A stretch of DNA of 57,787 bases from a virus (IMGVR_UViG_3300017763_000019:1-57787); one strand, 5' to 3'. Numbered from the stretch's first letter, positions 38,455-47,334 are shown. Made by a program: numbers and translations. The notes: generated by a model from the sequence alone, not told the origin.

Positions 38455-39370
38455 AAAGATATTTATAACAGGTGGTGCTGGCTTTTTGGGTAGTAATCTT
38501 GTAAGAAGATTTTATGATGAGAACGAAATAACTGTTTATAGTAGAGATGAAGCTAAACATTATTATTTAAAGAAACAGTTTCCAAAAATACGATGTATTA
38601 TTGGTGATGTCCGTGATTATGATAATATGAAGAAGAGTTCTGAAGGACATGACATTGGAATTTTTACAGCAAGTCTAAAACAGATTGGTGTGGTGGATCA
38701 GAATGTTAATGAAAGTGTTAAAATTATTATTGATGGTGCGTTGAATAGTAGACGTATTGCTGAAGAACACAACTTTGAATCCGCTTGTTTTATATCAACT
38801 GATAAGAGTCGTTCAGCAACAACCTTGTATGGTGCTATGAAGTTTGTGGCTGGTGAATCATTTATTGTAAATAGTGATGTGACAAAAACTAGATTGAGTA
38901 CTGCACTATATGGTAATGTTACCAATTCAACTGGATCTATAATTCCTTTAATATGGGACTCGATTAGGCGTAAGTATGAACTGACTTTATTTTCAAAAGA
39001 AATGACACGCTTTATAATTGACATTGAGGACGCAATGGATTTGGTTGAAGTTGCTTTGAACTATGATGGATATAATGTTATACCAAAAATTAAATCAATT
39101 AGAATTAGCGACTTGTTTGAATTGTATGAAGAAGAATTTGGTTTGTGTTATAATCATGGTGTACCTAGAATTTCTGAGAAGTTACATGAGATTATGATTT
39201 CCTCTGAGGAAGTGCCTAGAACAAGTGCTGACAACAACCATTACTTCATGCATTATAAAGATGTGTGTGAAGGTGTGAGCTTTTCAAACAATGAGTATTC
39301 TAGTAAGGACTGTATAATGAGTAAGGAAGAGTTAAAAGATATGTTAAAAAAGAATAATTGGTATGAATAA
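38438..39370 (+). CDS. UDP-GlcNAc 4,6-dehydratase(/5-epimerase), FnlA/PseB-like; TTG start
   Basis: TGGAGFLG, YSRDEAK, IGDVRD, ISTDKS, LYGAMK, YGNV..STGSIIP, MTRF, EKLHE. Confidence 0.88.
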   Translation: MKLKNKKIFITGGAGFLGSNLVRRFYDENEITVYSRDEAKHYYLKKQFPKIRCIIGDVRDYDNMKKSSEGHDIGIFTASLKQIGVVDQNVNESVKIIIDGALNSRRIAEEHNFESACFISTDKSRSATTLYGAMKFVAGESFIVNSDVTKTRLSTALYGNVTNSTGSIIPLIWDSIRRKYELTLFSKEMTRFIIDIEDAMDLVEVALNYDGYNVIPKIKSIRISDLFELYEEEFGLCYNHGVPRISEKLHEIMISSEEVPRTSADNNHYFMHYKDVCEGVSFSNNEYSSKDCIMSKEELKDMLKKNNWYE

Positions 39371-40151
39371 AGTACTTGTGTTTGGTTCCAATGGTATGTT
39401 GGGTAGATATGTTGTTAAATATTTATCTAACTTTTTTGAAGTTAGTAGTGTGACAAGAAATGATTTGGATTTAACAAATTATGGTTTGGAAGATTTGGAA
39501 TTAGTTGTTGGTACCCATGATGTTGTCATTAATGCCGCTGGTTTGATAAAACAACGAAGTCCGAGTAATTATGATATGGTTAAGGTTAATTCATTGTTTC
39601 CAATAGAACTAGCAGATTTGTGTGAAATGACAGGTAAGAAACTCATACACATTTCAACGGATTGTGTATATTCAGGAACCATAGGGAAGTATGATGAGAA
39701 CGCACTACACGATGCTCTAGACGCTTATGGAAAGACAAAGTCTTTAGGTGAACCAGAAAACGCTACTGTGGTTAGGGCATCCATTATAGGTGAGGAACAA
39801 TCAAACAAACATTCTTTCATTGAATGGGTTAAGACTAGAAAAGATAGTACTGCTGATGGATATGTAAATCATCTATGGAATGGTATAACTTGTTTGCAGT
39901 TTGCAAAAATATGTAGGGATATTATTATCAACAATCATTACTGGATGGGAGTTAGACATATTGTATCTGATACGGTTTCAAAATATGATATGGTTAAATA
40001 TACAAATGAAACTTTTGATTTGAACATACAAGTGAATGAAGTGGAAGCAGATACTGTAATTGATAGAACTCTATCATCCAACTTTGGATATTTCTTTGAT
40101 ATACCAAGTGTACAGAAACAAATAGAAGAGTTGAAAGGTTTTGAATTATAA
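39363..40151 (+). CDS. RmlD-like NDP-4-keto-6-deoxysugar reductase
   Basis: GSNGMLG, INAAG, HISTDCVYSG, YGKTK. Confidence 0.88.
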   Translation: MNKVLVFGSNGMLGRYVVKYLSNFFEVSSVTRNDLDLTNYGLEDLELVVGTHDVVINAAGLIKQRSPSNYDMVKVNSLFPIELADLCEMTGKKLIHISTDCVYSGTIGKYDENALHDALDAYGKTKSLGEPENATVVRASIIGEEQSNKHSFIEWVKTRKDSTADGYVNHLWNGITCLQFAKICRDIIINNHYWMGVRHIVSDTVSKYDMVKYTNETFDLNIQVNEVEADTVIDRTLSSNFGYFFDIPSVQKQIEELKGFEL

Positions 40152-40153
40152 TG

Positions 40154-40182
40154 TTGACGAGTAGTAATGATATTAATATATT
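40154..40182 (+). promoter_or_regulatory. Sigma70-type promoter
   Basis: TTGACG-N17-TATATT. Confidence 0.65.
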
Positions 40183-40211
40183 TACTGGTATTAAAAAGTT
40201 GGAGTTACAAA

Positions 40212-41000
40212 ATGAAAATAGTAGCATTTTTACAATTATACAATGAATTTGAAAAAGGTAATTTAATTAGGTGTTTGGAAAATTGTAAACAGTGGTCGGA
40301 TGAAATAGTTATTTATGATGATTGTTCAGATGATGGAAGCAATCTAATATATAAAGAATATACTGATCATGTGATATATGGAAAGGAACGAAAGTTTACT
40401 TCGGAACTTGCACATAAAAAAGAATTGTTGAAACTTGCACTATCTTTAAATCCTGATTGGATTGGTTGGATTGATGGAGATGTAGTATTTGACAAGGAGT
40501 GTACCGAAGGTAAGTTAAGGCTTCATGCCGAATATGGCTCTTTACACAATATTGATGCTTGGGCTTTCCATAATATTAATATGTGGAGAGATCCTTCATG
40601 GTACAGACTAGACAATCAATTCAACACATTAAACCATATTTGTTTTTGGCGAAATAATGGTAAACTACATTATGTTGAAGAAGAAGGTTTACATAAACAT
40701 CAGTTTCCACGAGGGTTAGATAAAATTGAGATGTCGCCCAATAAGATATTACATTATGGGTTTGCATCATATAACAACATAATCAATAAATATTTGACAT
40801 ATAAATCTTATGGGCAAAGTGGTTATACATTGGATAGATTGATTGATGAAACTTCTTCATTTGACTTGGTTAAAGTACCGAAAGAGTTTTTTCCAATAGA
40901 AAATATTCCTACTGATTACGATGTGTCTAGAAGACCTATTCCATTAACATACAATGAGGTTAGAAATTATGAGTCGTGGGAAAAATATAAAAATGTCTAA
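40212..41000 (+). CDS. Glycosyltransferase GT2-like
   Basis: Start moved to ATG 40212 (GGAG RBS); YDDCSDDGS, WIDGD, ILHYG. Confidence 0.82.
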   Translation: MKIVAFLQLYNEFEKGNLIRCLENCKQWSDEIVIYDDCSDDGSNLIYKEYTDHVIYGKERKFTSELAHKKELLKLALSLNPDWIGWIDGDVVFDKECTEGKLRLHAEYGSLHNIDAWAFHNINMWRDPSWYRLDNQFNTLNHICFWRNNGKLHYVEEEGLHKHQFPRGLDKIEMSPNKILHYGFASYNNIINKYLTYKSYGQSGYTLDRLIDETSSFDLVKVPKEFFPIENIPTDYDVSRRPIPLTYNEVRNYESWEKYKNV

Positions 41001-41724
41001 GAGTATAGAAATAGTTTCGTTAATTTTTAAATCTAAAGATTATTTAAATTTTATATACAACCAACTTAAAAAAGAATGTAATAAAGTAGATGGGTGGGAT
41101 GTGGGTATTAGGATTGTTGCTAATGATGCGACAGAAGAGGTGTTGGATCATTTAAAAACATTAGATATACCATATACTATTTACAATGACGATATTCCAA
41201 ATGATTATTATTTGAATAGAGTTTATAGATGTTATAACCATTCTGTTGAAACTAGTGAGTATGACAATGTATGTTTAGTTAATTCTGATATGGCATTTTC
41301 GGAAAATTGGTTGGATAATTTATTAAAACATCATGATGGTAATAATATACCTTGTAGTAGATTGATTGAAAGTGGTAAAATGCCAAGTGGTTTGCATGGT
41401 GTTTCTAATAATTTTGGTAAAACTCCACTAACATTTAGTGATGTTGATTTTGATGAGTATGTTAATATAATAAAACAACCTTTTGTTCATGAAAGTGGAT
41501 TATATATGCCTTGTATTTTTGAAAGAAAACGATTTATTGAAAGTGGTATGTATCCTGAAGGTAACTTATATAAAGATGGTATTGGTAAGTTTGGAAGTGA
41601 ATTTGTAATGTCTGGTGACAAGTATTACTTTGAAGAAGTTCTATTGAAAAAATATAATATGAAACACATAACTGTTTTTGATTCAATAGTGTATCATATT
41701 CAGGAGGGTGAGAAAGATGAGTAA
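40993..41724 (+). CDS. Probable GT-A glycosyltransferase
   Basis: CLVNSDMAFSENWL, GD..F and SIVYH; context. Confidence 0.7.
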   Translation: MSKSIEIVSLIFKSKDYLNFIYNQLKKECNKVDGWDVGIRIVANDATEEVLDHLKTLDIPYTIYNDDIPNDYYLNRVYRCYNHSVETSEYDNVCLVNSDMAFSENWLDNLLKHHDGNNIPCSRLIESGKMPSGLHGVSNNFGKTPLTFSDVDFDEYVNIIKQPFVHESGLYMPCIFERKRFIESGMYPEGNLYKDGIGKFGSEFVMSGDKYYFEEVLLKKYNMKHITVFDSIVYHIQEGEKDE

Positions 41725-42640
41725 AGGATGGTTAGTAAATGATTGTTTGACTTGTATACCAGGAACTAAAACTTTTTGGCATGACCTGTTAGAGAATGTT
41801 GATGGTTTAGTTGATAAGTGTAATGGTCATACTCCATATAATATTTTACCCACAAGAATTGAAAGTGAGTTACAGGTGGAACAACCAGATTATATAATTC
41901 GTAACGCTACTTTCTTTAGAAATATGAATACTTTAGTTCCAACAATTTCTCTATTACAAGATGTAGTAGTTGGTCGTGACGTACAGATAGATACTTGTAA
42001 TAGATCAACTGTTACGGTTTTTAATTCACAATACACTAAATCACTTTACCCAGAAATTACAAATTCTGTTGTGATTCCTTTAGGTACGGATTTTGAAAAG
42101 TTTAAACCTTTAGATAATGTTAATGAACTTAAACAGAAGTATGGTATAAATGATAATACTATATTATATGTGGGTAGTTCAACAGTATATCCTAAAGGTT
42201 TTGATATGGTAGAGTCCATTATAGACAACACTGAGTATAAATATGTTTTAATTATGAAAGATGATTATCAATCATCAAATCCTAGAGTAAAAGTTTTTAA
42301 CAGAATCACTCAAGACGAAATTGTTGAGATTACAAACTGTTGTAGTATGTTATTATGTACATCAAAAGAGGAGACTTTACATTTAGGTGGTGTTGAATCG
42401 GCTGCTTGTGGGTTACCAATTATTACTACAAATGTGGGTATATATCCAAGTATTAATGGTGATGGGTGGGGTCATATATGTGACTCGTTGGAAATGTTCT
42501 TACAAACAATAGAGTTGGTTTTTAAGAATGTCGATAGTTATAATCCAAGAGAAGTATTTTTGAAAAATGGTTTGGATAAGAACTCGTCAATGGAGAGTTG
42601 GAATATGTTAATTGATAAACTCTTAATGAAGGAAAAGTAA
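41717..42640 (+). CDS. Glycosyltransferase GT4-like
   Basis: VIPLGTD, KGFD, EETLHLGGVESAACGLPIITTNVG. Confidence 0.85.
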   Translation: MSKGWLVNDCLTCIPGTKTFWHDLLENVDGLVDKCNGHTPYNILPTRIESELQVEQPDYIIRNATFFRNMNTLVPTISLLQDVVVGRDVQIDTCNRSTVTVFNSQYTKSLYPEITNSVVIPLGTDFEKFKPLDNVNELKQKYGINDNTILYVGSSTVYPKGFDMVESIIDNTEYKYVLIMKDDYQSSNPRVKVFNRITQDEIVEITNCCSMLLCTSKEETLHLGGVESAACGLPIITTNVGIYPSINGDGWGHICDSLEMFLQTIELVFKNVDSYNPREVFLKNGLDKNSSMESWNMLIDKLLMKEK

Positions 42641-43393
42641 ATGTTGGAACATATATATAGCGATGAGTATTTCAATTGGACAAAATTTGAAAGTATTGTT
42701 AAAAGTAAAAAGTGTGAGTATGAGAATGCTAGTCCATTCCCTCACACTTTACTTGACAGTTTATTTACTGATAGTGTACTTGATGATGTGTTGAATTGTT
42801 TCCCACCAATCGAATCTGATGAATGGGATAGAAGAAATGATATTGGTGTACAAGTTAAACTAAGAACTAAATGGAAAGACGAAAGAGACATTCCACCAAA
42901 AGTTCTAAGAGTAATACAAATATTACAATCAGGAAGGTTTGTTCGTTTGTTATCTGAGTATACTGGGATAGATGGTTTAATGCCTGATTACTGGTATGGT
43001 GGTGGTGGACTAAATCAAATACTACCAGGTGGAGAATTGGCTGTTCATGTTGATGGTACACTTAATGATGAGATAAAAATGTATCGTAGAGTAAATCTAA
43101 TTGTATTTCTCAATAAGGATTGGGAAGAAGAATATGGTGGACATTTGGAATTTTGGGATTCAGAAAAGAAATGGTGTGTTAAAAAATTAACACCATCATT
43201 TAATAAAATTGCTATTTTTAATACAAGTGATTTGACATATCATGGTCATCCATACCCTTTAACTTGTCCTGAGGATCGTTCGAGGAAGTCATTGATCTTA
43301 TATTATTACACAGCAACTAGACCAGAATCCGAAATTAAGTTTGGTAAACAGCACCGCGCTTTATTTTCAACACGAGAAGAATTGGGGATATAA
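42641..43393 (+). CDS. 2OG-Fe(II) oxygenase (prolyl-hydroxylase-like)
   Basis: PFPH, HVD, W..EYGGHLEFW, YHGHP, RKS. Confidence 0.9.
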   Translation: MLEHIYSDEYFNWTKFESIVKSKKCEYENASPFPHTLLDSLFTDSVLDDVLNCFPPIESDEWDRRNDIGVQVKLRTKWKDERDIPPKVLRVIQILQSGRFVRLLSEYTGIDGLMPDYWYGGGGLNQILPGGELAVHVDGTLNDEIKMYRRVNLIVFLNKDWEEEYGGHLEFWDSEKKWCVKKLTPSFNKIAIFNTSDLTYHGHPYPLTCPEDRSRKSLILYYYTATRPESEIKFGKQHRALFSTREELGI

Positions 43394-43398
43394 AAAAG

Positions 43399-44043
43399 AT
43401 GGAAAAAGGAATAAACACTAATATATTTGTAAAACACTTTAAAGATAATATAGAGGGTTATCCTATTAATATATTTGAAATTGGTGCGGAGGATGCGAGA
43501 GACTCAGTAATATTTTATAACGAATTTAACAGATCTAATATATACGCATTTGAAGCTAATGTAGACACTTTTAATAATAATAAATCAAATATTAATAATA
43601 TAAACTATATAAACTGTGCAATTTCAGACGTAGAACATGATACTATTTTTTATAAAAAGACCGAACAGTATCCGGGTATATCGTCTTTACGCAATAGAGG
43701 TCAGCAATACCCGGGTGTAACTGTTACGGTTAAAACGAAGCGTATAGATACTTTTTGTAATGAGAATGATATAACAAGTATTGATATATGTAAGGTTGAT
43801 GTTGAAGGATGTACATATGAAGCATTAAAAAGTTTTGGTGATATGTTAAGTAAAACAAAAATATTTCATATTGAAACTGAAACATCACAACACTTTGAAA
43901 ACCAAATTGTAGAGTCTGAGGTTTTTGATTTATTGAAACAACACAATTTTGAAATGTTACAGCACGAACATTGTTGCTTAAATCAATATGATTCTGTGTG
44001 GATAAATAAGATGTATAAAAAGGATGTAACAAGAAATGATTAA
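43399..44043 (+). CDS. FkbM-family methyltransferase
   Basis: FEIGA, YAFEAN, IDICKVDVEG. Confidence 0.88.
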   Translation: MEKGINTNIFVKHFKDNIEGYPINIFEIGAEDARDSVIFYNEFNRSNIYAFEANVDTFNNNKSNINNINYINCAISDVEHDTIFYKKTEQYPGISSLRNRGQQYPGVTVTVKTKRIDTFCNENDITSIDICKVDVEGCTYEALKSFGDMLSKTKIFHIETETSQHFENQIVESEVFDLLKQHNFEMLQHEHCCLNQYDSVWINKMYKKDVTRND

Positions 44044-44485
44044 ATTTGAAAAAGTGAGTAAATATGAAGAACAAGATATTAAGTTACCTAAACGAGCTAC
44101 AGCTAGAAGTGCTGGTTATGATATATACAATAATGGATCCGAAATTAGAGTACTACCACAATCGTACTCGAATGCTATTTCAACAAAACTAAAAGTGTGT
44201 ATGGAAGATGATATGGTATTAAAAATATATCTTCGTTCAGGTCATGGTTTTAAGTTTGGTGTTGGACTTGCTAATACAGTAGGTATTATTGATGCCGACT
44301 ATTACAATAACGAAAAGAATGAAGGTGAAGTCTTTATTAAGATTTACAATCCTTCTCCTAACTACTTTATTATACCACCAGGTGAAGCAATGGCTCAAGG
44401 TATATTTGAGAAGTACTATCTTGTAGATGGTGATGAGTATGGTGAAGGTGATGTTAGAGACGGAGGGTTTGGCTCCACAACATGA
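44036..44485 (+). CDS. dut: Trimeric dUTPase
   Basis: SAGYD, RSG, GIIDADY, AQGIF, RDGGFGST. Confidence 0.95.
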   Translation: MIKFEKVSKYEEQDIKLPKRATARSAGYDIYNNGSEIRVLPQSYSNAISTKLKVCMEDDMVLKIYLRSGHGFKFGVGLANTVGIIDADYYNNEKNEGEVFIKIYNPSPNYFIIPPGEAMAQGIFEKYYLVDGDEYGEGDVRDGGFGSTT

Positions 44486-44655
44486 GATGTCCAATCTGTA
44501 ATACAACTAAGATAGAATCGTTAGGTGCTTGTAACTGTGATGGTGATGTAAAGTTTCATGACTTCATGTGTGAGAACGAACATATGTGGACAGTATGTAC
44601 AGATAAGAAGACTGGAAAAGTAACTATCGATCTGGTTTCAAAGCCGAAGTTATAA
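44482..44655 (+). CDS. 57-aa zinc-ribbon protein (not in the ORF track)
   Basis: MRCPICNTT...FMCENEHMW...PKL*; ATGA overlap with the dut stop. Confidence 0.7.
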   Translation: MRCPICNTTKIESLGACNCDGDVKFHDFMCENEHMWTVCTDKKTGKVTIDLVSKPKL

Positions 44656-44658
44656 ATA
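44651..44658 (+). promoter_or_regulatory. T4-type late promoter (candidate sRNA promoter)
   Basis: TATAAATA with no ORF before the next terminator. Confidence 0.6.
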
Positions 44659-44663
44659 CAATT

Positions 44664-44726
44664 AACCTTGGACGGCTACAAAGTACTAAGGTGTAGGTAG
44701 ACCTCTTCGGGAAGTCTACTTTTTTT
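44664..44726 (+). ncRNA. Candidate ~60-nt late small RNA
   Basis: Promoter, then stem ACCTTGG/CTAAGGT, then a C(UUCG)G terminator hairpin with U-tract. Confidence 0.45.
44696..44726 (+). terminator. Intrinsic terminator with UUCG loop
   Basis: GTAGAC-CTC-TTCG-GGAA-GTCTAC-TTTTTTT. Confidence 0.8.
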
Positions 44727-44730
44727 GTTT

Positions 44731-44738
44731 TATAAATA
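44731..44738 (+). promoter_or_regulatory. T4-type late promoter for gp3
   Basis: TATAAATA followed by an AAGGAG RBS. Confidence 0.75.
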
Positions 44739-44758
44739 ATTGAAAGAAGGAGTAATCG

Positions 44759-45283
44759 ATGGGATTTCCAAATATTTTTAATTCTGACTCGTGGTCCATA
44801 ACTATATCTAATATGCCAAGCGTAGATCAGGGTAAGATTGATGTACATAAACTTTATGACTTATATATAAAGTCAATATCAGTACCAAACATAGATCTTG
44901 AAGTAATACATTCAGACTTAATGGAGTCGAGTACATTTCATCCAATAGGACGAGCTAATGTAGATTTACCAAACCTATCAATAGAGTTTAAGTGTGACGA
45001 AGACTTGGAAAACTATTACAATCTATACGAGTGGATGCAAGCACTCAAGTATGGAAGAGAAGTAATTAGTTCAGATACTGCTAAGGGTACTAATATTAAG
45101 TCTATTGATATTGTATTTTTAGATAATGAGAATAGAAGACGAGGCTTTTTTAGATTTACCAACGCTTACATAACTAGTCTGGGCAGTTTAAATTTGACAC
45201 AAGGTAGTTCAGAGGAGGTGACTTTTCCAGTCACGTTCAACTATGAAGAAATTAAACTAATCAAAGTTCCACCTGCAACATAG
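44759..45283 (+). CDS. gp3: Tail tube terminator / completion protein gp3-like
   Basis: IKSISVPNI, LSIEFKCDEDLENYYNLYEWM, FRFTNAYITSLGSL, FPVTFNY. Confidence 0.85.
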   Translation: MGFPNIFNSDSWSITISNMPSVDQGKIDVHKLYDLYIKSISVPNIDLEVIHSDLMESSTFHPIGRANVDLPNLSIEFKCDEDLENYYNLYEWMQALKYGREVISSDTAKGTNIKSIDIVFLDNENRRRGFFRFTNAYITSLGSLNLTQGSSEEVTFPVTFNYEEIKLIKVPPAT

Positions 45284-45290
45284 GTATAAT

Positions 45291-45575
45291 ATGAAATTTA
45301 GAGAATTAATAGAAGAGTTTGAATCCACATTTGATGGAAAGATTGGTAAAAGTGACCAAAAATATTTTGAAACAGACTTTGTCTCGGACTACACTATTGA
45401 CTACGATGACGATATTCCATCAGCAATATTTAGAAGGGATAAAGAAAAAATTTCAAGTGAAGATATAAACACAGCAAAGGAATGGTGTGAGTGGTGGAAC
45501 TCAACAAATGACATTAAAGTGATGGTGTTGTCTACTGACCTGGGTGACCTTGGTGTTAATTTAGCTGTAAAATGA
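45291..45575 (+). CDS. Small putative internal head protein
   Basis: N-terminus MKFRELIEE is CTS-like. Confidence 0.55.
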   Translation: MKFRELIEEFESTFDGKIGKSDQKYFETDFVSDYTIDYDDDIPSAIFRRDKEKISSEDINTAKEWCEWWNSTNDIKVMVLSTDLGDLGVNLAVK

Positions 45576-45595
45576 TATCTTTGGAAATACAATAT

Positions 45596-45603
45596 TATAA
45601 ATA
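45596..45603 (+). promoter_or_regulatory. T4-type late promoter upstream of regA
   Basis: TATAAATA. Confidence 0.55.
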
Positions 45604-45606
45604 ATT

Positions 45607-45630
45607 AAGGATGTGTAAAAACATCCTTTT
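45607..45630 (+). terminator. Hairpin with U-tract
   Basis: AAGGATGT-GTAAAA-ACATCCTT-TT. Confidence 0.6.
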
Positions 45631-45659
45631 ATTTTATCAGTGAGTGAAAGGGGTTTACT

Positions 45660-46061
45660 ATGGAAGAATTGGATATGGAGGGGATGATACAAGTCGAGCC
45701 CCTCGTAGATTTAAAAATTATAAAAGAAACATTATCAAGAATGGGTATTGCAAACAAAAAAAGAAAAGTTCTTTATCCAACTTGTTACATCTACCAAAAC
45801 TTTGACGAATTTTATATTGTACATTTTAAAGAGTTGTTTTTAATAACACGACCGGATGGATATAATAACCTTTGTCAAGAAGATGTAGAAAGAAAGAATT
45901 CAATACTATTTTGTTTAAAAACTTGGGGATTAATTGATGTGGAAGAAATGACCATACAACCACACGACAAGTATATCTTTGTATTGCCACACGAAGAAAA
46001 ACATGAATGGCAAATAGAACACAAATTTAATATGAATAGTATCCAGCAGGTAGTAGAATGA
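45660..46061 (+). CDS. regA: Translational repressor RegA
   Basis: KETLSRMGIANKKRKVLYPTCYI...YIVHFKELF, WGLI, EKHEW. Confidence 0.93.
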   Translation: MEELDMEGMIQVEPLVDLKIIKETLSRMGIANKKRKVLYPTCYIYQNFDEFYIVHFKELFLITRPDGYNNLCQEDVERKNSILFCLKTWGLIDVEEMTIQPHDKYIFVLPHEEKHEWQIEHKFNMNSIQQVVE

Positions 46062-46159
46062 GTGGAAAGTATTACGAAGAAGAATATGATGAAGATGAAC
46101 ATATTGAGGAAGAATACGAAGAAGAAACACCAGAGATAAACTTCGACCACTGGGATTAA
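46058..46159 (+). CDS. 33-aa highly acidic peptide (not in the ORF track)
   Basis: MSGKYYEEEYDEDEHIEEEYEEETPEINFDHWD*; ATGA overlap with regA. Confidence 0.55.
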   Translation: MSGKYYEEEYDEDEHIEEEYEEETPEINFDHWD

Positions 46160-46162
46160 ACA

Positions 46163-46288
46163 ATGCGGTATAGACTTTACAGTGATAATACTAATGGGTC
46201 AATTGAGTTCATAGCATCCTTAATAACTGTTATACTTATCTTAGGTTCGTTTACACTAGTATTTTGGTTCTATGGTATTTTTAAATGA
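46163..46288 (+). CDS. 41-aa single-TM peptide (not in the ORF track)
   Basis: MRYRLYSDNTNGSIEFIASLITVILILGSFTLVFWFYGIFK*. Confidence 0.5.
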   Translation: MRYRLYSDNTNGSIEFIASLITVILILGSFTLVFWFYGIFK

Positions 46289-46312
46289 CACGTTTAAAAT
46301 AATTAATTATAT

Positions 46313-46320
46313 TATAAATA
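46313..46320 (+). promoter_or_regulatory. T4-type late promoter for the NTase operon
   Basis: TATAAATA, then a GAGG RBS. Confidence 0.7.
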
Positions 46321-46350
46321 GTAATATTATAGCGAACATAACGAGGTTTT

Positions 46351-47334
46351 ATGAAAAATTTTTTAAACGAGGGTGGTAATGTTTTTAAAGGTAAAACGGA
46401 TCGTATCAAAAAAGAAGATATTGATCCTACTTTAAACAGTTACTTCGCAGAACTCAAAAGAGTCTTCCCAAAAAAGACTAACATCTTTTCAACTGAATAT
46501 TTTCGTCCGATTGGTTCGGTTGGAAAAAAAGATTATAGTGGTGACATTGACTTAGCAATTGATGTAAGTATGTTCCTTGACAAAGATATGTCTGAAGAAT
46601 CTATGAAGGAATGGGATATTGAACCATCATTTGTGGATGAGCGTTTTGTAAAATTACGCAAACGTGCTCGTACAGCAACGGATGAACAATTAAGAATAAA
46701 AGCATTCTTACAAGAACTGTCTGTTCGTATAAATGAAAAAAGTCAAAACATCTATATTGATGAAAAGAAAGTAGGACCTGGAACAGTCTTTGGTTTATAC
46801 CCACAACTTACACCAGAAGGTGAAGACTTAGACGTTGGTGTCCAAATTGATTGGATGATTGGTAACCTTGAGTGGTTAGAATTTAGTTATTACTCAAACA
46901 CATATTCCGGTGTTGTAAAAGGTTTACATCGTACGCAGTTAATGTTAAGTTTATTTGTAAACAAAGGTCTTAGTTTTAACCATACAAACGGTGTTAAAGA
47001 TAAAGATACTGGTGAAGTCCTAGCAACAAGTCCTAATGAGGCTATAGCGTTGCTTAACACTATATATAACTTCGATATAACAAGAACTACACTAGAAGAC
47101 TACTTTAAATTACATGCCTTTATAAAAGCTAATATAAGTTCAGAAGATTATGATAGTTTAATTGATATCTATTTAAAAATACTCGACAAGACAAGAGCCG
47201 ACATACCTGAAGACTTACAGAAAGAATGGATGTTAAGAAAAGATAGTTTAGGTCTTACAGGTAAATTCTTACCTGATGATAGTAAGTTAAAACAAAATGA
47301 AAGTTTTGTAAGTTATCTTAAAGGAGTTATTTAA
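46351..47334 (+). CDS. Pol-beta-superfamily nucleotidyltransferase with CTS-like N-terminus
   Basis: IGSVGKKDYSGDIDLAI (hGS..DxD) plus VQID third Asp; MKNFLNE/G leader. Confidence 0.8.
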   Translation: MKNFLNEGGNVFKGKTDRIKKEDIDPTLNSYFAELKRVFPKKTNIFSTEYFRPIGSVGKKDYSGDIDLAIDVSMFLDKDMSEESMKEWDIEPSFVDERFVKLRKRARTATDEQLRIKAFLQELSVRINEKSQNIYIDEKKVGPGTVFGLYPQLTPEGEDLDVGVQIDWMIGNLEWLEFSYYSNTYSGVVKGLHRTQLMLSLFVNKGLSFNHTNGVKDKDTGEVLATSPNEAIALLNTIYNFDITRTTLEDYFKLHAFIKANISSEDYDSLIDIYLKILDKTRADIPEDLQKEWMLRKDSLGLTGKFLPDDSKLKQNESFVSYLKGVI

